A stretch of DNA of 64,000 nucleotides from Raillietiella orientalis (lineage: Eukaryota), in NCBI GenBank assembly GCA_036172245.1, contig JAYWIR010000027.1, positions 1,488,001-1,552,000 on the forward strand, in the 5' to 3' direction. The position numbers were made by a program, and so were the translations under genes. Shown here in pieces: positions 46,621 to 59,439 of the stretch (positions within the stretch are counted from its first letter, which is position 1; every line of letters starts with the position of its first letter). The notes under the pieces were generated by a model. That model was not told the DNA's origin. It was given only the letters and a program-made list of their open reading frames with translations, and did not search any database.

Positions 46621-46983
46621 CACTCCAATGCTAAATTTAATCGCCTTGGCTGGCAAGCAACCGATCGGGGGGGGGGGGCGTTCTTTTCCCAATGAAACAA
46701 CGGGTACTTCCCCAGTGCTTTCCGTTCGAGGCCCCCGGAAGGAGGGCTGCCGTCGACCTCCGCTGCATGAAACACCCCATTTTAAATCCCGGGCTTTCGA
46801 AACCAATACGAGGTCAACGAAACCTTCACATGCTCATGGGGCTCGTGTTCAAATGCCCGCTGAATGGCTCGCTGCATCCGTGCACTGGAAGCAACGGTTA
46901 CGAAATGCCCTGCACACTTTTCTCAATAGTGAAGCACACACAAAAAACGGACTGATCAAAGATACGATGAACCACAAGGCATA

Positions 46984-46989
46984 TTTATT
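46984..46989 (-). promoter_or_regulatory. Polyadenylation signal of GBE1
   Basis: AATAAA on the minus strand ~27 nt after the TAG stop. Confidence 0.6.
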
Positions 46990-47015
46990 TTATCATTTTG
47001 CGAAATTTCTACCAT

Positions 47016-49640
47016 CTACGAGCTACCGGGGCAAGGCCATTTCACTAGCGCCAGGGCTACCCGGTTGGGTATGTAAACCTATCAGTACCATTACAGTGGA
47101 GGCTTGTACACAAACAAACTTACATAAAGGTGGTTTCTCCTTCCTGCGTACCCCTCAGCATAAGTGAAGTAATGGATGTTGTGATCCAGTCTTCCGAAAC
47201 CACCAAACTCGGCAGCATCGGAATCCAAGGCGAGATAGTATTCTCCGGGCACATCAACACCGATTTTGTAGTCGGCAAAACTTTTGTGTGGATGGAAGTT
47301 AAATATGAACAGAACGCCTGCACGTTCAAAGGCAACGACTTTGTCATCTTCATGTTTACAACTGATGTAAGCTTGAGGACTGTGCAGCCAACCGCACCTG
47401 GCTTCCAGGTGATTCATGGCTGCATCGAAATTGTTTAAAAACTTGTATTTCAGCAGCGGATCATCGACCAAATGCCACTGACGGCGTGCATAATGATAGG
47501 ATTCCTGGTTGCCTTCTCGAGGAAAGTCAAGCCATTCAGGATGACCGAATTCATTTCCTGGAGACAAATTACATCATAAACCAAAATGCCCATAAATAGT
47601 ATGCTTGATCAACCCACCTATAAAGTTGAGATATCCTTCACCTCCCAAGGTATGAGTTAAGAAACGGATCATCTTGTGAAGAGCAATGCCTCTATCGATA
47701 ATGGAGGAAGGACCCGATAGGGTGGACATATGCGTATACATTTCCTTGTCCATTAACCAGAAAGCCAGTGTTTTATCTCCCACTAATGCCTATCAGCCTT
47801 CAACACCCAAATTTACAGCCATCTCACTTGATCATGACTTTCTGCATAGCTGATCACTTTCTCCCCATGACGGCGGTTGATCAGGGTCCATGTCACGTTA
47901 CCCATGTTCCAATCTTCATCACTGTGGTCACGTAGCAGTTGAATCCATTTATCAGGAATGGCCATGGCCAATCGATAGTCAAACCCTTGCCCTCCCTCTG
48001 AAATGGGTCTACACAAGGCTGGCATTCCTGATACATCTTCAGCAATTGTGATCATCCCTTCACTTAAGGAATGCAATAGCTGGTTTGCCAGCATCAGATA
48101 GACCAAAGAATCAGTATCTGAAGCTAGACCAAAGTATTCGTTATAATCTCCACTGAAGCCAGTTCCCAAGCCATGATGATGGTACAACATGGAGGTGACA
48201 CCATCAAAACTGCAGGAAGATCGATGGTTTCATCAATGTGATTTCCTACCGGAATCCATCGAATTTATATTCTTCTTGATACCAGCGCAGATTAGACAAC
48301 AGGAACCGCAGCACTTCCCATCTAAGAGCACTGTACCATTGACAAACATTCCACCACTCACTCAGTATAATTAAAAAGACGTGAATCCCAGATGGCATGA
48401 GTACCCCGAGCACTATCATGAAAATAGCAGCTGGAAGTACCATCAAATTCATTGAGTCCATCCAGCACATTCTTAGAAGCATGTGAATGCACCACATCTA
48501 GAAATACCAATAATCCAGACTGATGGGCTGTGTCAATCAACTCCTTCAACTCTTCAGGTGTACCATACCGACTGGAATCCGTCAGCTAGCCTTTCATTAG
48601 AAACACTTACCTTGATGCTGCAAAGAAGCTAGTAACTTGGTATCCAAAGGAACCATAATAGCAATGCTCCATGATGGCCATGAGTTGGATGGCATTGTAG
48701 CCTGGCAAAGAACAAATCAAGGACGGATGGCAAACAACTTACCCAGCTTTACAATACGAGGGATGACATTCTGGGCAAACTCCAAATAGGATGCCACTTT
48801 GAGTTCATTGGAAGCAATACCCACATGAGCTTCATAAATGCGGAGGCTGGCAGGTTTTTCGGGCTTTGGATACCTGAAAGCATATGGCTACAAAATTTAT
48901 AGAATGAAAGGCCTTTTAGTCATGTTATTTACTTTTTCAGGGTGCCAAAAAACATGGTTGTAAGTAAGTCCCTCGTGTTTGGGAGGCTTCACTACATACG
49001 TAGCCCAAGGTGATAACCTGTCCACTAACTGCCCATTAGAAGTTTCTACTACTACCTACATATTTAACATAGTTTGTTTCAATATCAAAAGTGCACTTAC
49101 CTTCACTTTCTGGCCATGTTGTAAGACAGAAGTTCCATCACTCTTGCAAGGAATCTCCAGCTCCCATTTCCCAAATTCCAGCTTCTTGTAAGGATAGGTA
49201 GTTTGTTCCCAGCCATCTTGAAAAATATTCAGAACGTTTGTTACTTTGGGAAGCTACCAAAATACACACTGAAGTCTCCTTTCAAATAAAGCTGCTTTGC
49301 GCCTGGTGCCCATTCCTTACAGTAAACTGTATTGTCTGGTAATATATGAATGCCAAATGTTTTATAGCCTTCAGAAAACTTATGCAATCCACCTTCATGT
49401 TCATTTATCTTTTGAAGCAAAATGCTGTAGACACCATATCTATTCACAGAATCACAAAAGCGTGTTGACAAAAATTCAAAACACAAGTAAATGTACCTTC
49501 TCTTGATTTCGTGTTCAAAAGTTTTTAGGTAACCATCAATGCGGAACAAGTTGTCGATTTCCGGTACTTCTACTGCGTGCACATCAAGTTCGTTCCCCAC
49601 TAAAAATACAAGCCATCTTCAGTCACTTGTAACCACTCAT
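47016..49640 (-). CDS. GBE1: 1,4-alpha-glucan branching enzyme (GH13). Exons: 49599-49497, 49439-49270, 49216-49101, 49055-48933, 48887-48743, 48701-48611, 48571-48362, 48321-48250, 48209-47828, 47789-47618, 47557-47124, 47078-47016; first coding exon uncertain
   Basis: All 11 GT-AG introns (38-60 nt) join in frame: [44 protein letters not shown] (nucleophile), IAEDVSG (acid/base), [27 protein letters not shown] and VYIPNRVAL. Confidence 0.97.
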
Positions 49641-50899
49641 TCATGCTGGAATACAGAATAACTCTACATAGATTACTTCACATTTTCGAGGAATCAAACA
49701 AGCAACACACTTTTTTTTTTGGCGAGTTATGGCTTCGAAGAATGCGTGACATGGGGCAAATCAGCACTCATCTCGTGGGGGAAGCACACGACCTTCAGAA
49801 TTGGGATGAAAATCCGCTTACCCACATGCAAAAAAATGCACGTGTGCTCGAATTTCAAAAGTCAGGGTTCAGGGCTTGGGTGCCGGTAGGGATTCACGGT
49901 GGGAGCCGGAGGAACACTGTCACGATGGAAGGTTCGTCATCATCATCCTCGCCAGTTGATGAGGGGTTTGGAATCAAACATCATCGCATTGGGAGGGGGG
50001 GGGGAGGGGGGGAGGACGGTACGAAAATGGCACGTCGGAGGAGGAGGAGGATGCGTGAGTGTGGCTGTCAGACGCAAAAATTCCCGCTTGCAAGAGAGAG
50101 AGAGAGAGAAGAAAGAAAAAAAAGGTTGGCAAAGAAAAGGTTATGCATGCAGCAGCACTTGGTGGAGGCCCCTCACCCCCCCCCCCTCCAAACAAAAACA
50201 ACGAAAAAAAAAAAAAAAAAAACCTTTCCTGAAAAAAACCTTTCCAGTTCGTTTCGTGTTTTCACTACCTTTCTCCTGGACACTCCTGGACAGTGTTGCT
50301 GCTGCAGCCATGTGTCCAAGGCTGACACTGGAATCTGGAATCGAAAATATCGAACAGTCGTGTGATTCTTCCCACCTCTGCTTGCAGCCTCCAAGTGCCG
50401 GTTGGCTTCAGTCATCCGAGCATCACCACCCATTTGGTAGGTTCTCCTCTTCCCGGCTACGTGAGTAGCTGCCTTGAAACCAGGGATCCTTTGCTTCTGA
50501 GTGAAACCGTGTGTGGTAGTCAAGTTAACAGATTGCTATCGGGCAAAAAAAAAAAAAAAAAAGGAAAAAACGTTTTTTTTCGGGTGCATTCGAAAGCTCG
50601 CCCTGCATTCAGAGCATCCATGGGATGAGTAGATGGAGATGCTGCAAATGAGGTGCAGGACATTCGAGGGAGTTCAACCTCGCCATGACACAACCTAAGG
50701 CATCAAGAGCTCCAGCGTATGGCTGATTGGAGCCCCCCTCCCCCCCCCCAAAAAAAGAGGTAAACTTTAGATATCTTTGGCAGAAGAAATGTAAATTGAA
50801 CACATTGCAACACAAAAAGTACTGCACATAGAAAAAGGGAAACACACCAAATGGGAAAACTTGTAAAAGAAAATAACTGGTTTCAGGAAAGATTGACAG

Positions 50900-52330
50900 A
50901 TTGGTCGTCATCAGAAGAGAGATGTCGGTATCGAGGAGCAACGAGGAGTTGCAATTATATCTGTCTGGGGTTATGAGGAAAAAGTCAACTTCTCCGAATG
51001 CAGCCGCTGTAACTTCCGGATAGTCTTTCATGCCGGAAGGAGATGAGCTCCGACATCTTTAACTTCTGCCTCAGTTCTCCTTGTTCGCTCTTCTTGCCGA
51101 ACACTTTCTTCACATCACGTTGTACATGAATTCTTGGGTTTCACTTGGCGCCTGTACGCTGACCAATTCATACCATCATAAGTAGTAATGCTAGCAAACG
51201 TCTGGCTGGAACCCAATAGCCCCCCCCCCCCTCAAAAAAAAAAAAGACTGGTGGTTCTGTTTTGTGAGCGCAACAAATCTATTGCGTGCAGCTGTGCTCC
51301 CTTTTAATGTATGCAACCATCTTCCAGAAATATCACCTGATAGTCACTGAATCGCTGAGTGCTGCTGTGTACTCCTTCCAGATCCCATGAATGTCTTCTT
51401 GCGCATGTCTTCAATCTTTGGGTGTGACAGGCAGGTTCCAGGTCACTGAATCCTTTTCTCTTTTAAACTATAACCGCCCCTTTTCCTATCCCCATGTCTC
51501 ATGTCTGATTCAAAGAACTCTAAACCGAAACTTCTCTGCGTCCATTTCTGACGCGCTGGAAGATGCCACCAGCTTCCCGATCACCACTAATGAGTTCTTA
51601 CCCGTTCGTTTGATTGCGTTTCAGTACCAACAGGAGTCCACGTGGAATCTTCCGATAAGGCACCAAGGACACTTTTATCCGGCTTTGAACTTGATCCGAA
51701 AAGTCATCTCATCAGCAGTGACGGCAGTAGCATCCCGACAACATTTCCCACTCATTTTTCTCTACAGTTCCTCTGCGCGTTCGATACTTCCGCCTTTCCG
51801 TACTTACGCTCTTCGGTCTGACTCTTCGTTTCCTCAGAGCAAACGTTATCACACCGTGTAATTCCGCCGGGAACTTCTCCATTAAGACAGGCAAAGTATT
51901 CATCGTTTCATCGGCATTCCATCAGGCTCTTCAGGCTTAGCTATCAAAAGCGAGCGCTCGGAAGAGCATTCACAGGAGTTCCGTTTTTCGCCCCTCGACC
52001 ATTTGAACGGTGCCCACTCAAATGCGGTCTCGTAGGACTTATATAGTTTTTGATCCTTCTCTCTCAAGGCGGAAGGGGGCGGCTGTTCCTCGTTCTCCTT
52101 CCGAGGCAATTTTCGCTGTTCTTCATCAAAGTCCTGCTTCTTCGCCACACTCCAGCCTTCCTTCTTCCGCCTTGCGTTCCTACCGCCGTCATTTCAGCCT
52201 CCGCGTCGGAAATCTCCGACGTGTGCCACTCACTGCAGGCAAGCAGACTGCAAAAGTCCTTCGGCATCGGCAACGACGCCCTCGTTCGCCAAATTACCGC
52301 AAGTTCCATCCCATGGCCCGGTAAGAAGTG
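50900..52330 (-). mobile_element. Decayed non-LTR retrotransposon relic (RTE-like)
   Basis: VAHVGDF (cf. GDFN, ~52215), LYKSYETAFEWAP (cf. FIDYEKAFDSV, ~52030) and C**DDF (YADD position, ~51705) occur in order with large deletions. Confidence 0.35.
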
Positions 52331-55300
52331 AAAGTCCCATTAGACATCCTTTACGGCTAATAACTGCCGTAAATGCCTCTTTAAGATCGCTGTTTCGCCC
52401 GAAACTTTTCGTGCGACTTTACATAGTCCGGAATGGGATTTTCAGTTCCTCATGTAAATTTATGCGAAACGCGTTAGTTCGGGCTCAGATTTTCCATCGA
52501 CAGTGATGGAACGCCGCACACCAGGTAGAGCCGAATGCCCTGGGCGGAATTCTCGGGGCGGTCGAACCCTGCCACATGAAAGCCAGGCAGTGGTTGCAGC
52601 GAGGAACGTGGCAGCCAAATTTTCGCCGTGCACTTCTTTGCCTTTTCCCGATGTCGATTATCCTGCCCGGAATCATCCGTACAGAAGAAAACTGCAGGAG
52701 TAGTGTACACGATCGTTCTGGCTGTCCCCTCCCCCCCCCCCCCCTTCCGAAAAAAAAAAGGCAAAACCGAGTACAGTCCATTGAGCATCACATGCACAGG
52801 TAGTTCAATGTTCCTACTTTCCTATGCAGTGGACTGAAGGTCGAAAAGGAAGAGATGCGAGTTACTCTCTGAAGGAATTCTAATTTCCGATTGGGCATAG
52901 AAGTTCCCTCCCCCCCCCCCCCACAAAGCCTAAGCTCTTTCATTCCACTTTTCACATATTAAGTTTCAATGGTATGTCGTTTGCTGAAATCCGTCGAAGA
53001 GTCGCCGGTTTAATACTTCCAATTTTTGTCTGGTTTTCCCAATTGTAGAGTGTTGGTCTCCACGCATCGCATCTCCACTACGTCTCCACTATCTCCACGC
53101 AGTGCAATTGGGCTGAGTTGTTACGCCAGCAGGTTTGTAACAACAGAATCTATTTTCCGTAGAGAGATTTTAGGATCACGGGCTGCATGATTCATGGTTT
53201 GGGGTTGCCTTTTGAGACGGCAAATGCGAATGCTGCTGTTAGAAGGAGGCGTGGCGCACTTCATAAGCTGTTAGATCCGGTGTGTCTTCATCCATTCTTC
53301 TAGCTCTCTGAGAATTACGTAGTTTGGAAGTTCCCCTGGGTCTCAGATTTCTCCCTCGCTTTTGATGATCATAAGTGGACGTAGACTTCAGGGACTCATG
53401 TACAGATGAAATGTTTCCCATATAAGGTACGCCACTGCTGCGCCATACCCTTGGGTCTGTAAGCTGCTGAAGTATTTCTATTTCGATGAAGGAGTCTGTG
53501 AATTGTTAATTCTTTTCGGCCACGGAACGTTCCTCTTCAAGGGGAAGACAGCACCTATTTTACACGGTGGTGTAGGTCCGGACTCTTTTTACATGTTTCC
53601 GTATTCCTAATGCAGCAACAGCCTTCCCTGTTTCAAGCACCTCCGAGCTGTTGTGCAACCATTGTGGGTGGTTGCACACAACCACCGGAAGTTTCCCTGA
53701 ATTGGACCGTTTCACACGCTCGGCCTTTTACAGAATTCACCAGATGAATGTCCGGGGATGTTCCCCTTTGAAAGGCAGCTTCCTAGTTAACATCACGTGT
53801 TCCACCAGGACGAGCCGCCCTCAACGCATCACGGGGCAGACGGTGCCGACCACACTATGCAAACGCAAAACACGTGTCGAGCCAGCGCCTTCTTCCTCCA
53901 TTCATTACATCGGACCCGCCTCAACACATATTGTTTTCAACACATAGGCGCCACACTTTTTTCAGGCAACGACTGGAGCTTCTTTATCCGGGCACCTGAC
54001 AAAGGAAACGGGGAGATTCAGTTAGCAGATATTATTGTGAAGCGTCTGCGAGATGCATCTTTGAACTGCATCTGTTGTTTGCCCCTCCGCGGAGGCGACA
54101 TCCCTGGGACCTGTCACAAAAAAGGCGTGCCGCTTTCTGTTGCCGACCTCAAACGCAAGCACCGACAAGGCTCCTCTGCACACACAGCCGAACCTGATTG
54201 GTCACCACCTCGGGGAATAAGAGCGAGGTGACCGCTCAGGCAGCTTCCGAGGCGTCAGAAAGAGGAAGAAAAACAGAAAACAAGGAGGGAAATTGCCAAA
54301 TAATTACTCCATCCACTCCGTCACTTCTTTCTTCTTCTCGCTTTGTTTCTGTTTTTTCTTCCCCCCCCCCCCCCCTCTCTTTTCGGCGTTTCCAAATCCT
54401 TCCGTGTTCCGAACTTACACTGCGAACCTTTTCGAAGGTTGAAAAACAAATGCACCCTTTGCGAGGAAGCGTGCAGGCGGACGCATTAAGGTGCATCTCG
54501 GTGTTTACGGAACACTGAAATGACCCCTCGAGCTACCAACTCCGAGCTTCATTTATGCATTGACATTTTTATGGTTACACTCCACGAATGAAAGACCAAC
54601 ACCGGTCTCTGCTGACCTTTATTTAAAGTACTGAGCAAGTGAGTGTCACCGTCTGTCGTCATGACATTTGGGGAGCCTGTCACTTCGGCGACGTGCAAAC
54701 CACCGGCCATCCGCAGAGGCCAAGTGACTTCTGATAAGAAGAGCAGAACCAGAAGCCGCAGTTGCAGCTGATATGCAAAACCCATTTATTGGGTGGGTGG
54801 GTGCACCGCATTTCTTCCTGCACGGGTTCTGCCCGTTCGCGTTGCACACGAGTGGTGTGTGACAGGGGTGACACGACGGGGGGGAAGCGTTCCGGCTTCT
54901 AATTCAAGTCACGCGGAATGCTGTTCCCTGCGCCAAGAAGCCATTTTCTTTTTCTTTTTTTTGCTTCTCCTTCTTCTTTTCCTTTTTTTACTCCGTTGCT
55001 GCTGCGTCTTCCTTTGAATTTTCGGTCAGACTGTTCCACCCTTTCGGGCATCCTGCGGTTTTCGCAGCCGCGAGGAACGAATTCGCATGCCTTCGACAGC
55101 GGGCTCGCCTCCTCTTCCCTGCTGATGGGTGGGTGGTGGTGGCGGCTCCCGGAGGAACGTCGTCGTCTGGACTTTTCTCGCTCTGACCGAAACGTGCAGT
55201 CCTTCCTCCTCCTTTTGGAGGATCCTCGTGAGCCGGGCAGCTCAGCCTCGCGTTCTCCCATGCGTTCCCGGCGGCACGGAGACGGTACTGAGGTGGTTTG

Positions 55301-55896
55301 GCCTGCCTGTTGCCGGGACGCTTTGACCATTCGCGCCAAGCCTTCTAACACAGCGAAACGGAAACGGAATCGGCAGTCGAACTTCCTTGCCACACCGAGT
55401 CGGCATGAAAATTGACCAATCAACGGTGTTCTCCATCATCCCGCAGGTAAACAACCAGAAAGCAAGCGAGAAAAGAAGCCAATGATGCGAAGCGTCCGGA
55501 AATTTTTGCATGCTCCTTGAGAAAGAAGCAGCGCCTCGGCGGCGTACCATTCATTTGACCTTGGTTACGGTTGGCGATTTTCCAACGTTCTCTCTCTCGG
55601 TTCCCCTGCTCTTGGGATCGTACGCTACGCTCGCGGAAACGTTTGCCAGGAGAGATACACACTGTCCTCTCTTTGAAACGAGCCGACGGGAACGCTCGTC
55701 TTTCCCGAGTCCGCCCGCCTGCGCCGATGCCGGGCCTCGACTTGCCCGCCGAGGGGTTTGGCTGCGCGCACACACACACACGCACGCAGCCAGCGGGGCG
55801 GATGCTGCGGCCGAGGAAACAGACGAAATTTTCTCCGGAGAGCGGAGGGGGGAAGGGGGGGGGGGGACAAGCCTGCAGATGCAGGGGGCGGAACGC

Positions 55897-55898
<2 letters not shown>

Positions 55899-55928
<30 letters not shown>
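55899..55928. repeat. (GCC)10 microsatellite
   Basis: Direct read. Confidence 0.95.
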
Positions 55929-55929
<1 letters not shown>

Positions 55930-56382
55930 GCGCCAGGACGGCACCGGAGGGCTCCGTGTCGCCTGCTCCCAGCAAGAGGTCAGCAGGAAGCTTCCCCCGC
56001 GTCCCTGGTCGTATAGGAGACGAGCGAACAAGAACGATCCAAAACAAGAAGCGCGCGTGGCGAAAGTGAAAGCCGGCAGAAACACGTAATCGGCGCTTTT
56101 CACGCAGGAAGGATTCCGATTCAAGCAGAAACGGCGGGGGGAGAGGGGGGGGGGGAGGCGAATCACTTTGCGTGAGATGTTGCCATGAGCGGATGCCCTC
56201 TCTCTCTCTCTCTGCCTTTTCGTATCCGTTTCAGATGGGGAAATCACTTCCCGGTGGGTGCATTCTGCGCTCACGGTGAAGGATGCTTGCCGGCAAGTCT
56301 GCGTCAAGTCGGAAAATTCTCATTCTCAATTATCCCGGGTTTTAAAGCAGCAGGAAGAAGAAGAAGAAAAAAAAAAAAAGAG

Positions 56383-56384
<2 letters not shown>

Positions 56385-56418
<34 letters not shown>
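56385..56418. repeat. (GA)17 microsatellite
   Basis: Direct read. Confidence 0.95.
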
Positions 56419-56423
<5 letters not shown>

Positions 56424-56785
56424 AAGAAAAAAAAGTGCAGTCTTGAGACAGGCGCAAGAAGAAGAAGAGGGGGAAGGAGCGGGAGATCTGGAGAGGAAAG
56501 AGTTCGGGACGACAACTGTTGACTTGTAATCAAGCTGGTCATTAAATGCATTGATTACACGACACATCAAAGGAACGTCACATATTTGGTAATGGCTTCC
56601 CCCCTCCCCCCCTCCATCACTCCGAGAGTGTTTACCTAAGACGGCAGGAAGCCGTGGTTGTTCACCGCCGCGCGCGTTTCCCTTTTGCTTTCTTCTTCCT
56701 TTTTTGCGGCTTCAGAGTACCGGGCTGGAGATCACGGTGATGAAGCTGGTGATGGATCGATGAGCTCCCTCGTGATCTCCCATTT

Positions 56786-56816
<31 letters not shown>

Positions 56817-59039
56817 CAGCAAAAGGGGGGGGGGGAAGGAAGGAACAAAAAACAAAACGCGCGCGCGGAGGACTCTTCCTCCACTGATACGATTCTTACT
56901 TTTTTTTTATTTTTTATTTTTTTCAGATTTTATTCTCGCAAACGGTGGATCTATCGAAGATGAAACGGAGCATCTTCCTGATTTGAAAGTCAATAAACCG
57001 AACTCGACAAACACGGTCGGAAAGCGTGTAAAAAGCAAAGCTCTTTATCGAGAAGAAGATGAAAAAAAAATAATGGCTTCAAACTCTTTATAAAAACCGA
57101 AAAACAAACTGTGGTCTCACTTTGACAAAAAAACAAACACCGTGCACGCTGCGCAGCTTGTTTTTCTTTCTTCCCCCCTCCCCCTCCCCCCACTCCGACC
57201 ACTGTACATTGCCATGCTTACCTTTCCTCGATCTCGAGAAAAGGAAAAAAAAAAGAGAACGAATTCCCTCTGGTTCTTCACTCCTTTCCATGTCCACGGC
57301 TTTCCAAGCGTTTTTTTTTTTTTTGCATCTTTCTGTTGTCTTTTTCCGTGTCGGTGAAATCCATCCCTTCCGGGGGGAGAGAAAGAGAGGGGGGGGGGAG
57401 GGGGCGCAGCAGAGAGGGCGTGCGTGCAGTCGCTCATCCCACGTGTTTGCTAGGCCTACAGGTCACGGCGGCGTTCCGGTCGTGGGCGGGCAAACAAACA
57501 CCACTTTTTCCCGGAAAGTTTCGGGAACACTGCTGCTCGACACCCGCGGATAAACAGGAGAGGGAGGTGGTGGGATTACGTGCGGGCAAAGGCTAACGCG
57601 GGGCAACGGAGGAAGAACGGAGGCTGCGGTGAGGAAACGAGGGGGGGGGGGGACGCGCGCATTGTTGAACCGCCATTTGCATTTCGCTCGCTCGACAGGA
57701 CGTAGGCGATCGGAACAGTGCCAGCACGTGCCAAAGATCTTCAGCGAAATTGGCGGGCAAAGGGGTTGTAAGAACGCTGCTGTGGGAAAATCCAACCTCC
57801 TTCCCCCCTCCTCCCCACGAAGTGTGCTTGGTATGCGCAAGCACGCCCCCACGTAATGAATCGTGCCCCTCAGCAGCGTGCTCTTCCATCTTCTCGGCGC
57901 GGCTGCAAAGACGGATGGAAAGCTTTCGTGAGCTCGTCAGATGCTCTGACGCTTCTGTTCCATTCATGCGTGTGGACACGAGTCAGGGAGGGGAAGAATC
58001 GGTGCCGTTTCCACCTTTCACATGTGGGAAGCTGTCGAGGGCCTCCTGACTTCGAGGGACTCCTGCTTTCCGGAACCCGAAGCCTTGGGGCAAAGGGCAC
58101 ACGAGCCTTCTGCTTTGCTGGCTGTAATGGTGCTGGTGGTGCCTTTTCCTTCCGTCCGCGTTACCGGCTTGGCCCGTGCCACCTGCTCACATCGTGCAGG
58201 ATGAACTTTGGAGCGGAACTGCCGGAGCTGCTTATATTCTCTTGGATGGGTGGGGGAGGGGGGAGGAACATTCGCTTTACTAGCAAAACAGCTAGTGAAA
58301 CAGAAGATGCTCTTCAGGTTGCGTGAGCGCGCTTCCTCCACGGAGTGTGGTTAGCATCTGCTAGTGATGGCGACTGGTGATGCCGACGGGAAGACACGAA
58401 TCTCTTCCATCACGACTGGCGAGCTTTTCCTGAGAGTTCCTGCTACGAGCTCTCGAAGATCTCGTTGATCCGCGTTGCCGTTCACTGAAGTGTCGCCCGT
58501 GATCTACGAGCACGGAAGGTGAATTGGCGGACACTTTCGGGTTCACCCCCCCCCGTGCAGATGGCACTGCATCCATCCCCACGTGTGCTGCTCGTTCGTC
58601 GCTATGGCGCCGCATCCACCCGCGCTGTTGTTCCTTTCGCTGCCGAACGGCTGCTTTCGCGAGCCATCGTGGATTGCACTTTTTTTCTTTTCCCTTGCGT
58701 GTTTCTTGTTTTTGTTTTCGTTTCTTCTGCTGGCTCGAGAGAACATCCCCTCACGGAATGCCTTTCCCGGCCACCCCAAAGCTGAGCACGACGCCTGCGC
58801 AGGCGAGAATTCCGAAAGGCGAAGGGGAAAAAAAAAAAAAGCCCTTCTGCGCGCGTGCCACGGCGAGCGAGAAGGACGCGGGCGTCAAAGCTTGCGGGGG
58901 TTCGACCCTGGCGTTGAAGATAGTTCCGAGCTGCTTTGCAATGTAGATTGCTGCGCTCCATTACGTGTGCGTGACTGCGTGCAGCTGGGGAGACGTTTCG
59001 TTTCGTGTTCAGGGTTTCCTATGGCGTTTCTTCTTTTCT

Positions 59040-59071
<32 letters not shown>

Positions 59072-59439
59072 ATCCCGCGTGCCGTTCGTTAGCTCTGCGA
59101 ATTCCTTTCGCAGGGAAGTTTCCTTCGCGAGGTTCTTCCCTTTCGCGATGCGTTCGCAGCAGGCGTGCGCGTTCCGTCCCCGGCGATGTCCCACGGGAAG
59201 TCCTTCGGAGGAGGAGGAGGATGGCGGGGGTTGTGGGCGCCGCACGACCCCTCCTTCTCACCAGGAAGCCGCGGGAAAGGGAGGAAGGGGGGAGTGAGGA
59301 ATTCGACCTCGTTCCCCGGGAGTTGCGGATCAGCACGGCCAGCCCGGTTTCCGGAGCAACCGAAGCGAAACAAACAACAGGAGGAAGGCAAAAAATCCGG
59401 AGGACGGAAAGCGGGCCAGGGTGAGTGGCAGTGTGACTG

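Noticed and set aside
53000..53900. Possible jockey/I-like LINE 3' relic
   Set aside because: Only vague similarity, with no diagnostic motif I can support.
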